Shown: piece after piece, positions 1 to 12,749 of the stretch | How the letters are laid out: the number at the start of each line of letters is the position of its first letter | How positions within the stretch are numbered: position 1 is the first letter of the stretch | Source: Octopus bimaculoides | Taxonomy: Eukaryota | Direction: 5' to 3' | Assembly (NCBI RefSeq): GCF_001194135.2 | Contig: NC_068999.1 | Coordinates: 39,278,864 to 39,342,863, forward strand | Length of the DNA: 64,000 nt | Notes under the pieces: generated by a model | What the model saw: only the letters and a program-made list of their open reading frames with translations | Databases searched by the model: none | What the model was told of the DNA's origin: nothing | Position numbers and translations under genes: made by a program

Positions 1-360
1 AAACTTAAATTTTATATTGGTTTTACCAAAATATATTTTCGACGTTTCTAAATGCATTTTTCCTCCATTGAACATACCATTCGAATCAGGAACCTGAAAC
101 TTAAAAACATTCTGAAGGGCATCTTTATTTGACTTGGGTTTCCATCTTATTTAATACACGACAACAAAATATTGGTTCAACCTGCATAGAATTCGATTGA
201 TTATTTTATATATAAAACCTGTTTAAACATGAGCTTTAATCCTAATTTATATGATGTGTGTGTGCTTATGTGTGCGCGTATGTGCTTGAGTGAATGTATG
301 TATTTGTGCGTGTGTCTATACGTGTAAATCGTCTAAGTGTCCATTACTCAGGAAAGAAAG

Positions 361-500
361 GCGCTTGTATATCTACCAATCGGTTTCGCGCTAGAGTTTC
401 AACGGAGTGTTAGATAACCCTCCGCTCATCAGAGGTACCCGATATGGAACGAACTATTTCATTCCATATCGGTTACTGTACACTCCGGATAATATATATA
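361..500. mobile_element. Penelope-like (PLE) terminal-repeat relic, family C, locally inverted/duplicated
   Basis: Homologous to 54523-54668: shared blocks CTAGCGCGAAACCGATYGGTA, TATTTCATTCCRTATCGG, TACTGTACACTYCGGATRATATA. 361-449 is minus strand and 453-500 plus strand. PLE assignment is inferred from the hammerhead-like core. Confidence 0.5.
374..437 (-). ncRNA. Hammerhead-ribozyme-like motif (family C), extended stem II
   Basis: Minus strand: UACC-U-CUGAUGA-GCG...CGC-GAAA-CCGAUU-GGUA. Core intact; stem I imperfect; position 16.2 is A. Confidence 0.5.
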
Positions 501-689
501 CGTATGTAACTTTAAAGTAGTATTACCAATATTATTAATAAGAATGTTAATAATAGAGTGGCTAGCAAATTTAGACAACTGTAGGTAAAGTATAAATAAA
601 ATACAGAAGGATGTATGAACAGAGCTATCGCTCTAAACCACAATTTACTCACTTGACATGAATGACCGCTATATCCACAAGTTTTTTTT

Positions 690-845
690 TATGTTCTCTC
701 TGTTTATTTCCATGTGTTCCTTTCTGTTGAAGAGCGTAGGCTCGAAACATAAAATACTTTCTCACCTTCTCGAACGTCAAACGAACACAACTGCTTTTTG
801 TTTATACACATGTCTTCGACATTTGTTTTTCTGTAAATTTCCACT
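690..845 (+). mobile_element. PLE-like short repeat, family A, with hammerhead-like core at 720-754
   Basis: Homologous to 49623-49770 (minus) and 49790-49985 (plus). Core CTTT-CTGTTGA-A-GAGC-GTAG-GCTC-GAAAC. Confidence 0.55.
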
Positions 846-857
846 ATATATATTATA

Positions 858-1240
858 TACACGAGTGAGTGCACAAAAGAAACCGGGACTTTGCAATATT
901 ATTTTATTCATTTAAATTTACATGTTTACATATTATCACCTTCAAAATATTGTCCATTGAAAGCAATGCATCGGTACACGCGCGTTTTCCACTATTTTAA
1001 GCAGTACTAGAACTCTTGCGAAGTGATACCTTTTAACGCCTCTGTCATTTTTCAGTTCACACGTTCCAAATCTGCAAATTTCATGGCACCAGCTTTTGTC
1101 GCCAGTGATGATTTTCAAAGGAAGACCAGATAAAGCTCGTCCAGGCAAAGTTTCTATACGAGATGCAACCGCTGCAACCGACCCTTGTCTATGATGGGTA
1201 AGCTATAGTATCGGAAGTTGCGCGAAACCTTTTGGGAGGA
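858..1240 (-). mobile_element. Internally deleted mariner transposon relic with one TIR
   Basis: Minus strand gives KIITGDKSWC (mariner IITGDExW motif) and, in another frame, CLK*WKTRVYRCIAFNGQYFEGDNM* (mariner C-terminus; stop at 926-928). TIR-like TA-CACGAGTGAGTGCACAAAAGAAACCGGGACTTTG starts at 858. Confidence 0.7.
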
Positions 1241-1292
1241 AGAGATTATATGTAAATATGTTATATAGTTATGAATACATATACACACAGAC

Positions 1293-1351
<59 letters not shown>

Positions 1352-1813
1352 GAGTTTATATACATACATACATACACACACACACCAGCACGCACATACA
1401 CACATACACACATACCTATGTATATATCTATCGTTGTATATGCGCGAATATGAATTATATGTATGTGTCTTTAGCATACAAATTATATAACGCAAATCAG
1501 TGGAAAATATATTCATCAACTTCTACTTCAATGCAAAGCAGATTCATCTTTGTCAAGCTGCGAAATATACAAATACACAAATAGAAAAAAGTTGTTGGCG
1601 TTTGCATTTCTAAAATTCTCATTTTGAAAAGTGTTCTTTCTATAATTTTTATAACAATATTAATAAGATTATTATCGTGTAGTAAATTAAAAGAAATAAT
1701 CATAAAGATGGATAACAGCAGCAATAGCAATGAGAACAACAATAATAATAATAGTTATTATACATACACACTTACACACACATACATGTATGTATATATT
1801 TATGTATGTATGC

Positions 1814-1869
<56 letters not shown>

Positions 1870-2417
1870 GTAATCTACGTAAAGAAAAAGCTATATGAAA
1901 ATATAGTAGGTTTTACAATTAATTAATAATAGATAAAATATTTCGTCCTTATTTTCTGAAAGTACACATATGCTTGATTTCACAAAACATCAAACGTGAA
2001 CAAAACCAAGCGACAGCCTATTTCGAAATATATAAATATATTTTTTTTAAACGAATGTTCAAATTTATGAAAGTTTTATTATTGTTCCTGCCTCTTTTCA
2101 TTTTCATGGAATTAAAAAAAATATGTCTAAATTTTCAATTTTGCACTTTTAAGATTTCAATAATTTATCAAAATAATTTATGCAGAAAACGTTTGGTCGG
2201 AAGAGAAATTTGGATGTTATTTCTGCAAACGGATACTTAGTAATTTGTCCAATCTAACAGTAGGTTCGTTGACAACGTCGGCTAATTAATTAAGTAATCG
2301 CTTAACTAATTTATTCAAAACATTATACAGTGTTTTCTGGTAATTAATAATGTTAGGTATAATTTTGAGCTAAAAAGCATACACTGTTAACATTATTTAC
2401 ACTATTTACGTTATTTA

Positions 2418-2560
2418 CATTCGACGGATATCTGTCCTCATCTTGTTCGTTGTTAACACAAAGTTTCAGCTGATATACCCACCAGCCTTCTTCAGGTGTC
2501 TTGGGGAAATTTCGAATCTGGGTTCTCATTCCTATTGTATTTCTCGATGTTATTATTATC
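2418..2560 (-). mobile_element. PLE-like short repeat, family B
   Basis: Closely similar to 59165-59300 (ATTCGACGGATAT...GGGGAAATTTCGAA...TTCTCATTCCTA); contains a hammerhead-like core. Confidence 0.6.
2455..2500 (-). ncRNA. Minimal type-I hammerhead-like motif (family B)
   Basis: GACAC-CUGAAGA-A-GGCUG(10-nt loop)CAGCU-GAAAC-UUU-GUGUU. 5-bp stem I, intact CUGANGA, 5-bp stem II; position 16.2 is U rather than G. Confidence 0.55.
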
Positions 2561-3412
2561 ATTATTATTCAGATCAACAACTTCAGACACCTGGCATCAA
2601 TAATTGTGCAGTATCAGCTGAAATTGACGTATGCAGACCGGTTATATTTTCCCATAAATATTATAAACATAAGGAAATACTTTGTCCCTCGAGTCACTTT
2701 TAAGACGGCAACTGAAAAGCCTTTTGAAGGAGGGTTACTGTTGAGTACATAAGCTATGAGAATATCAGAACGTCTAAATTTATCCCATTCAGGAATGGTA
2801 AAAGCTTTGAGGTTTTGAAATTATCATCTTTCAAACAACTCTCCCCTACTATCAATTTAACTGTATTGTATTGTTACTCAGAACAATAACATTTAGACTA
2901 TGTAAAAGACCCTTCTTTAGAATCACTTACTTAAAAGGTTCTTTCACATTAACGCCTCCAATTGTAAGAAGCATAACGTGTTTGTTATATGAAAGGAGGT
3001 AGTGTAAGAGGTTTCATTCCGCCTCCAATACCAGCTGAAGATAATAACTTGAGAAGCAATGTTAATGCTGAACATTTTCCAAACCATTCTCTCAATCTCT
3101 AAAACAATATCTTTCTTCTTCTTATCTGAATGTATTCCTTCAACGTGGTCTTCTACATACAAAGACATCAGTGGATCATTTCCAAATGTATTTTCGCTCA
3201 TCAAACCTATAGATATTTTCTCATTAGCGAACGAAACATGTATCCATGCATGGAAATTTCAAACATTCCTGACGTGTTTGCTTCGTAGCGTTGGCGGATG
3301 AGATGATGTAAAAATAAGAAGCTGCAACACAAGTCTTTATAATATGAATATCAACGTCTAAACTGATCTCTTCACAACTGCAGCTAACGCTAATTCTACA
3401 AAACCTAACATA

Positions 3413-3456
<44 letters not shown>

Positions 3457-3721
3457 NNNNNNNNNNNNNNNNNNNNNNNNNNNNNNNNNNNNNNNNNNNN
3501 NNNNNNNNNNNNNNNNNNNNNNNNNNNNNNNNNNNNNNNNNNNNNNNNNNNNNNNNNNNNNNNNNNNNNNNNNNNNNNNNNNNNNNNNNNNNNNNNNNNN
3601 NNNNNNNNNNNNNNNNNNNNNNNNNNNNNNNNNNNNNNNNNNNNNNNNNNNNNNNNNNNNNNNNNNNNNNNNNNNNNNNNNNNNNNNNNNNNNNNNNNNN
3701 NNNNNNNNNNNNNNNNNNNNN

Positions 3722-3776
<55 letters not shown>

Positions 3777-4489
3777 TCTGTGTGTGCTGTATATATATGG
3801 GTATGCTTGTGTGTATATATGTAAGCATGAATCCTTGTATATACGCCTATAAAAATGCACGTGTATGACAGTGTTTGCATGCAAGAATATTCACCAAACA
3901 TATACGCGCGTGCAGGCACGGCCACGCCCACACCTATATGCGCAAATATGCACGACTACATGCTAAACACTTAAAACATACAGCTGTTGAAGAACGACGG
4001 TAAAACTGATTGAATGAACCTCATGTGAGCAAGTTGTAACGATTCAAGATGTTCTCATTTCCCGATGACGTTTCCTTGTCACAACAGAGATCTGTAAAAA
4101 CTCATTTCCACAGACGGTGTCTAAAGAGTGCCAATGATGAGTCTACTTCTTCTATTAATGACGATGCCGCTGCTATTGACAGAAACCATTTACCTCTTTA
4201 AGGCTAATGACGTCAATTTTTTTCTTTTCTTAGTTGAAATTCATTAGTTGTTTAATGACTAGAAAATATCAAACGAAAGAAGCAGTGATTAATTAAAACC
4301 AAGAAATTGTCTATGATTACACATTCCTTTGCAAGATATTATACATGCTATCAATGGCTGCTTAGAAATGTCGCTATGATACAAACTTCCAATATACCAT
4401 GATGTTGATAAAACAACAATAATCTGAGTGTAAATAGAGAACTTACTAATCTTCTTTTTAATGCAAATACATGACAGCAGAAGGAATAT

Positions 4490-4594
4490 AAGTGGAGTAT
4501 TCACATAAGTGGAGTATTCACATAAGTGGAGTATTCACATAAGTGGAGTATTCACATAAGTGGAGTATTCACATAAGTGGAGTATTCACATAAG
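4490..4594. repeat. 17-bp minisatellite (AAGTGGAGTATTCACAT)x6
   Basis: Six perfect tandem units with no spacers. Confidence 0.97.
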
Positions 4595-6267
4595 AACTTA
4601 TGTTGTAACATATCTGATATAGTTGTTTGAGGCACGATACACTAGATGCGAATATATATTGTTTAACTGCTGCTATCCTGCAGATGTTAAAATGTATTTT
4701 AAAATCATTGAGAAAAATATATTATTTTATGGGCAAATCTTTCTAAGCTTACATATCATTTCCAAGTATATAAATTCACGCTTATATGAATAAACATTCG
4801 TTCATATGGAAATATTTGCAAATGGTTGAATGACAATTTTGAAAACCTGTAATCTTCATAGAAACAAATAAGAAGCTTGCAACCTTTTAGAAAACCGTTG
4901 AATATTTAAAGCATTTTCGTTCCAATATAAATTCCACTGATATTTTTATTTCTTTGATAAAAACAAGATCTTGTTTGGTGAGATAGATCTAAACAATTAA
5001 AAGCTAAATCATATATTCCCTTAAATGCATTCATTAGTTAATTAACGAATAAACTATCATCAAGGCATGGAGTTTGATTTCTCTTTCACGATGGTTGTAA
5101 CGAAATCTCTACCATGACATTTCTAATCAAAACGAATAGTATTATATTTTCCGACATGCCTATGGAATGTTAGGATGGAATCTATATAGTTAAACTTGGG
5201 GGTTTAAGTATCACTGGTATTCCCTTACATAGCATCGGCTATAATCTATATTGTACGAAGATGAAAGCGAGCATTCTCATATAACATTTTCTCTCGCCTT
5301 TTAGACAAAACGAATTTTCATTTAAGAATACAAAAACGTGGACGCTGAGTGATCTGCCGAGGTTGTGTTGTAGCCATATCTAACCACATTGCTGATTGTT
5401 GCCGAACATATGTGAACTACCATTTCTCTATGCAACAGTAAAAGATATTTAGATCCGCTTCAGTAGAAACAAAATGTTACAGTTTCCATTTCTACAAGAT
5501 GAGAGACGATGAAAAGAAGTTTGATTAAATGCCTAAAAAAAACGTCCTTCGAGTAGCCATGATATAAACACAATAAAGCTGAAGAGAACCAGACGGTTTT
5601 ACTTCTAAAGATTCCAGTAAGCTATGCTGGGCTTTTTGATAGAACTTTTAGTAGTTAAGTGAGCTAAGTTGTATAATCTCACAATACTGAGACTTATCAT
5701 ATCCTCATGTATGGTAACCCAGAAATGAATAATTACTGGTTATTTCCGAAAATCGTATAACTAAATGACGCCTCCGGTTTTATCATCGTTGCAGGCAAGA
5801 CCTTTGGACTGAATCATATTTCTCTGTTTTACAAAATTTCTAACATGATACTTCACATGATCCTTAACAATAATCTTTTTTAGAACTCGGTGCCAAGTTC
5901 TTTGTGGTGACCTTAATGCCAAGAATAATGTGAAGTAGCTTTACATTAGAACGTTGATAGACATTTATTTGGACTTTATAATCCTTATATAGTTTACTGC
6001 CAACTGTTACCTAAAATTAATCACTCTCATGTATGGCTTTAAAGTCCCTTGTGATTTATTCATCATTACTTATGCAGTTTTACATATTGCTGCTTGCGGC
6101 TATAGAGATCATAGCAGGGCATTTTGTCAAAAGACTTATCTTTGTTCACAAATGTAATTTAGATTTGAGTGTGGCTTTTGTGAACAATTGCCGCCATGCT
6201 GTTTTATCAGTTTCCTATGTTACTAGCGGTTATGTGTCCTTCTGAAAGCGAACACTATCTTTCGAGC

Positions 6268-6325
<58 letters not shown>

Positions 6326-6328
6326 TAC

Positions 6329-6391
<63 letters not shown>

Positions 6392-6408
6392 CATTATTAT
6401 TATTATTA
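6268..6408. repeat. (TTA)n microsatellite
   Basis: Seen directly; explains the poly-L ORF 6196-6453. Confidence 0.98.
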
Positions 6409-6936
6409 ACCTTCGAGGATTTGGAAAGAATATTTTTAGAGATAAATTACTAATAACTTCCTGTGTTCAAAATCATCAAAGGAAACATATTTATCAGATA
6501 GGAAAAAAAGTAATGTATAAAGTAGATGTAAGAACAATCATCACTATAGATGAAACCTCCAATCATAAGAGCGTAAGAAGCAAACATAACAACATAAACA
6601 AGCGTGCTGGAACTGCTAGAAACAACAGCTAAATTACAAATAGTTTTCTCTGAAACACAAACAACAAATTTCTACATAAGTGCTGCATCTAAAAAATTAA
6701 CTACGCCCAGTTCTAATGAGAGAACATTTATTAAAGCAAGCGACCTGCTAGGAGGATTAGGTATCTCACGAAAAGACATCATACAGTCTTACAAAAAGTG
6801 GGTGGGGGAATAAATCAGGTAAGGCATTCAAAGATGCGCTTATGCCATGGAATTAAAGGTGAGCTTCTCAGATTCGCAACATACATGCAGATACAGACAC
6901 ACGGACAGAAGTACACACACACGGACACAGACACAC

Positions 6937-6967
<31 letters not shown>

Positions 6968-7189
6968 TGTATGTATGTATGTATGTATACTTATGTCTAT
7001 GTAGATATATGTATATACATAGAAGGAGACAGTGCCATATAAATACTTATTTCTGTGTCGATGTCCATCTTTCTGTCTGTCTGTCTGTCTGTCTCTCCTT
7101 CTCTGTCTCTCTCTCTCTCTCTCTCTCTTTCNNNNNNNNNNNNNNNNNNNNNNNNNNNNNNNNNNNNNNNNNNNNNNNNNNNNNNNNNN

Positions 7190-7240
<51 letters not shown>

Positions 7241-7384
7241 TGGAGGTGTCTGTATATATGCATAATTATGCATACTCCATATATAACTAGCGTTATTATG
7301 TGTTTGTGTTTGTATATATATATATATATATATATACTACTTACATATACATATATATGTGTGGGTGTGAGTGTGTGCGCGTGT

Positions 7385-7500
7385 AGCTACTTTCATTCCC
7401 ATCTACCAAGTCTATCCCAAAGGTTCCCGTTGGCCCAGTGCTTGCGTATAAGGCACTTGTCCAATCCGGAAACACGTGGTTGGGAAGCAAGCATCTTATA
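7385..7500 (-). mobile_element. SINE family 1 (tRNA-like head, GGTAGACGGAA core), degenerate copy
   Basis: CATCTACCAAGT...GGCACTTGTCC...TGGTTGGGAAGCAAGCATCTTA matches the copy at 44651-44810. Confidence 0.55.
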
Positions 7501-7534
7501 TACATAAAAACTACAATCTTCTTCTTCTTCTTTA

Positions 7535-7580
7535 GCAAATTGTCAGAATCGTTAGTACGCTGGACGGAATGCTTAGCGGT
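7535..7580 (+). mobile_element. SINE family 2, 5' head fragment
   Basis: CAGAATCGTTAGTACGCTGGACGGAATGCTTAGCGG matches the heads at 32131 and 55631. Confidence 0.5.
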
Positions 7581-7768
7581 GAGAGAGAAAGAGAGAGAGA
7601 GAGAGAAAGAGGCGGAGAAAGACAAACAGGGAGACAGACAGACAAATAGATTGATAGACATAGAGAGAAACAGATAAGTTTCATGCAGCTGAAATCGAGG
7701 AAATCCGATCGATGAAATTATTTCCTGAGGTGTAATATAAAGCAGAAAATGTCAGGAGATATGAGAAG

Positions 7769-7824
7769 TGAATATATTTATTTAACCACTTTTCATTATG
7801 ACGATGGTTAAATAAATATGTTCA
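7769..7824. repeat. 20-bp inverted repeat (19/20) with 16-nt loop
   Basis: TGAATATATTTATTTAACCA (7769-7788) versus TGGTTAAATAAATATGTTCA (7805-7824). Confidence 0.85.
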
Positions 7825-8465
7825 CCATTCATACCTTTATGCTTTATATTTTCTCATAAAATAATCTCCTGTATTTCAGCTGCATGAGGCTCTGCATTTT
7901 AGTCTCCTACTTCCTTGGATTGGACTGCTATGTCTCCACGAGAGGTGCATTTTGTTATGGCAACAGTCAATGAATCTATATATTACACAATAAAACAAAT
8001 ATATATATGCATGCATATGCGTATATATATACATAAATGCACTCACACACACACATACACACATATATATATGTATGTATTTATTTATTTAGGCAAGTGG
8101 TTGTGGTCATGCTGGAGCACCACCGTGAAATGTATGTATTCAAAATCCAGATAAAACTTAAATAAGTGGCCAACAAATATAACCAAATAGACACAATATA
8201 TATTAAAAGTCAGGGTACAATATGAATCTATTTGCTAGAAAGAAGAGTTAAAACTCTCCAAAGCCACACATATCTCACTAAATGTATACAAGCACGGAGA
8301 ATGTAGCAATATACTCAATAAAATAAACAGCCGACCCCATATGTAAAACTACTAAGAGGAGAGATATCTCAGTATCAATCAATTTCGCTTTTTGTGCCGA
8401 ATTGACACTGAAAGGTCATCATCAGCTACTTTTAATATGCTTTTTAATACATTGTATAGTGTGTC

Positions 8466-8498
8466 TGTCGACCGGTTTCGCTTTCTCTAATCATGACA
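8466..8498 (-). ncRNA. Degenerate minimal hammerhead-like motif (family E)
   Basis: UGUC-AUGAUUA-GAGAAAGC-GAAA-CCGGUC-GACA. Perfect 4-bp stem I, palindromic ACCGGU stem III and GUC triplet; three substitutions from canonical. Confidence 0.4.
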
Positions 8499-9506
8499 TT
8501 ATAATTATTGTATTTTTTTATTTTCTAAAGAGTTTAGTCCAAAGTGTGTGCATTTTCTATCTTTTATTTTATATATATCTATATATTTGTTTTACATATG
8601 TATATATATATATATNNNNNNNNNNNNNNNNNNNNNNNNNNNNNNNNNNNNNNNNNNNNNNNNNNNNNNNNNNNNNNNNNNNNNNNNNNNNNNNNNNNNN
8701 NNNNNNNNNNNNNNNNNNNNNNNNNNNNNNNNNNNNNNNNNNNNNNNNNNNNNNNNNNNNNNNNNNNNNNNNNNNNNNNNNNNNNNNNNNNNNNNNNNNN
8801 NNNNNNNNNNNNNNNNNNNNNNNNNNNNNNNNNNNNNNNNNNNNNNNNNNNNNNNNNNNNNNNNNNNNNNNNNNNNNNNNNNNNNNNNNNNNNNNNNNNN
8901 NNNNNNNNNNNNNNNNNNNNNNNNNNNNNNNNNNNNNNNNNNNNNNNNNNNNNNNNNNNNNNNNNNNNNNNNNNNNNNNNNNNNNNNNNNNNNNNNNNNN
9001 NNNNNNNNNNNNNNNNNNNNNNNNNNNTGTGTGTGTGTGTGTGTGTGTTGGCTTCAAATATCTTGCCGAGGGGTTTGAACATAAGACAGACGAAATGCTG
9101 TTCAAAAGTTTTCCTGGCGTAGTTACGATAATGGTGGCTAAACACCTTAGTTTTATATTATCTTGTAACTTAATTATTCAGTCATTTCGCAAATCAACAA
9201 TTGGTTTATAATAGGTTTAAGACATTATATGTCCCTCTGCGAAACACGATGGCTTTTGTCGTATACACGTTGCGATTCCTCTTTGTGTTTGTAAATACAA
9301 ACCTCTCTCACACCATCAAGCGCACGTTTATTTTAATATATAATCTTCAAGTTACATAACATATGACTCAGAAAATGCATGATTACTAGCATTTGTTCAT
9401 ATCTTTAATGTTCAAATACTTCATTTGTAAAACTCTATTTGTCTTAATTATTCAGGTCTTTCAAAATTAATGACAGGCATTAAAACCTGGTTAATTAATT
9501 ATTTTT

Positions 9507-9545
<39 letters not shown>

Positions 9546-9775
9546 TTCTTCTTCTTCTTCTTCTTCTTCTTCTTCTTCTTCTTCTTCTTCTTCTTCTTCT
9601 TCTTCTTCTTCTTCTTCTTCTTCTTCTTCTTCTTCTTCTTCTTCTTCTTCACTCACATCAATTTTTCTTCATCGTTTTTTCCCCATAAATTTCCACATAG
9701 TCATAATTTCAAAACTTGCGACAAGTCTCCATACAAACTAAAAGTTTCTCTCACGTACAAACTCATATATATACA

Positions 9776-9838
<63 letters not shown>

Positions 9839-9917
9839 TTATCTATCTATCTATGTACCTACCTACCTACCTACCTACCTACCTACCTACCTACCTACCT
9901 ACCTACCTACCTACCTA
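9507..9917. repeat. Compound microsatellites (CAT)n(CTT)n at 9507-9650 and (TATC)n(TACC)n at 9777-9917
   Basis: Seen directly. Confidence 0.97.
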
Positions 9918-10282
9918 TGTCCCTACGTAGTCAGTTCTGCATCGTGGAAAAATAAAAACTAAATACCACCTACAGGATCACTACATGTTTGAAATGGAAT
10001 AAGATCGCAGTAAGAAATGGAGATCCTTCGGAGTATTCTTTGTACGTTTAAATCCAAAAATCTAATCCACCGATGCAAATGCATCGCCTTCGAAAACATT
10101 TACACAAATGTAACAATAGTTATATACCCTCACACGGACAGAACTGCCTAAGCATGTAACTATATAAATTATATACATCATATATCATACATGGACATTC
10201 ACATATATTGTCTTTCAGTCTTTTCTCTGTACAATGCATTTTCGTACAGGTATTCATGCTGGCGTACATACATACCTATGCA

Positions 10283-10350
<68 letters not shown>

Positions 10351-10612
10351 CATATGTATATATATACACACACACATGTATTTAAACATTATACCAGTCT
10401 ACATATAGACATATATGTTCTTCTTTCTACGTTCATATATATATATATATATATATATATAATTGTATGTATATATGTATGTATCTTTGTTTATATATGC
10501 ATGTATATATATTCATGGCAGTTGTGTATATACCAATAAAGCATGCATACACCAATATAAGAAAATAAACGCATAGGCACATACATATAGCGTATACGTT
10601 TACACACACACA

Positions 10613-10657
<45 letters not shown>

Positions 10658-12069
10658 CTATGTACGTTGAAGTCTATATTCTTTTTATAATGTCCGCTAT
10701 AATCTATCTAGGTAACCGCATCCGTTAATGTTGTCTACCTTTGATGTTTCTAGAATAGGAAAAAAACTTTTTATTTTTAAAGTTATATATTATTCTCGTA
10801 TGTGATATTAGTATGAATTTATGTATGACANNNNNNNNNNNNNNNNNNNNNNNNNNNNNNNNNNNNNNNNNNNNNNNNNNNNNNNNNNNNNNNNNNNNNN
10901 NNNNNNNNNNNNNNNNNNNNNNNNNNNNNNNNNNNNNNNNNNNNNNNNNNNNNNNNNNNNNNNNNNNNNNNNNNNNNNNNNNNNNNNNNNNNNNNNNNNN
11001 NNNNNNNNNNNNNNNNNNNNNNNNNNNNNNNNNNNNNNNNNNNNNNNNNNNNNNNNNNNNNNNNNNNNNNNNNNNNNNNNNNNNNNNNNNNNNNNNNNNN
11101 NNNNNNNNNNNNNNNNNNNNNNNNNNNNNNNNNNNNNNNNNNNNNNNNNNNNNNNNNNNNNNNNNNNNNNNNNNNNNNNNNNNNNNNNNNNNNNNNNNNN
11201 NNNNNNNNNNNNNNNNNNNNNNNNNNNNNNNNNNNNNNNNNNNNNNNNNNNNNNNNNNNNNNNNNNNNNNNTATATATATATATATATTTATTTATATAT
11301 TTAAATATGTATGTACGTATACGCATGGTAAAATTTATACATATATGCATGTTTGTATATGTGCGAATTTCTATCTCAAAATATGCGTGTATATAGATAT
11401 ATATCTATGTATTATATACACATATATGTATATGTATGTGTCTCTTTATAATTGTATGTTTAGTTATATAAGTTAGTGCGTTTAATGTTGTATATATGCA
11501 TACCTACAAAGATACATAGGTGTATGTATGTGCGTTGGTGTGTACGTGTGTTTGCACGCCTGCGCAAAGGAGTGTACGTATCATTACATACCTTCGCAAC
11601 ACTACAAAACAACCTGATAATATAGAAAAACATAGTTTATTCTTAAATAATTTATGCAGATAGTGCTTCCTGAAATGAATTGTGGTGAGATGTACAGCAA
11701 CTAAAACATAACAGAAGACAAATAAGGAGAGGAAACCTGGAGACTAGTTTCTCGCATAGCATTTTGCGATAAAATGGGAAAAGCACGAAAGAAATATATT
11801 TAGAATATTTAATGTACAACCTAATGTGTGCGAGTGTGTGTGATATATATATATATGTTTATATGTGTGTGTGTATGTCTGAGTTCACATACACGCACGC
11901 ACACACACATATATAACAAATACATATACATGTATACATATATATATATGTATATATATATTTATTATATGTGTGTGTCTGCGTTTGTGTATGTGCACAT
12001 ATACACACGCAGACACACACACATGTTATAAATAATATATATGTATATATGGCTGAAACACATAAATAA

Positions 12070-12110
<41 letters not shown>

Positions 12111-12616
12111 CATGAGCACACATCTATAATACGTATGGCCAAATCTTTCAACTCGTTTCATATATACAGACACCAAACACACACACTGACACATACACAG
12201 ACGTACACACGCGCGCACACACACACACATACACACACACACATATATATGTACCCATGCGCATGTCTGTTTGCATGTATCCATATGGAGCCTCACACAC
12301 TCACACACACACACACACACACGTGATGATGATCAAATCTGATTCAAGGCTTTATAAATCATTTAGGTGTTTCAGCATTATTCCGAAATGATTACATAAT
12401 AGTAATAGAAATATTATGTGCTCCTTTACTTACATCATCAGCGTCTGGAAATAAATATAAGTTTCTGTTAAAGCTCCAAATGTCTCCGTTTTCCCTTGTT
12501 ATGCCTGTTATGAACGTCATCACATGCCGCATGAAATACGAAAGAAGGGAGAAGGCCTCATATCGTGGATGTAAGAAACAATTCCACCCCTCTTTCAAAA
12601 CCAAATATGTGCGACC

Positions 12617-12669
12617 AGAGAGAGAGAGAAAGAGGGAGAGAGAGAGAGAGAGAAAGAGAGAGGGAGAGA

Positions 12670-12745
<76 letters not shown>
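12617..12745. repeat. (GA)n microsatellite
   Basis: Seen directly. Confidence 0.98.

Positions 12746-12749
<4 letters not shown>

Noticed and set aside
1056-1197. Plus-strand AG...GTAAGC candidate exon
   Set aside because: All three frames contain stops, and the segment is explained by the antisense mariner relic.
4490-4594. Possible CRISPR array
   Set aside because: Units are contiguous with no spacers, there are no cas genes, and the context is eukaryotic.
8411-8430. Minus-strand CTGATGA with TGAC/GTCA stem
   Set aside because: No GAAA follows the stem.
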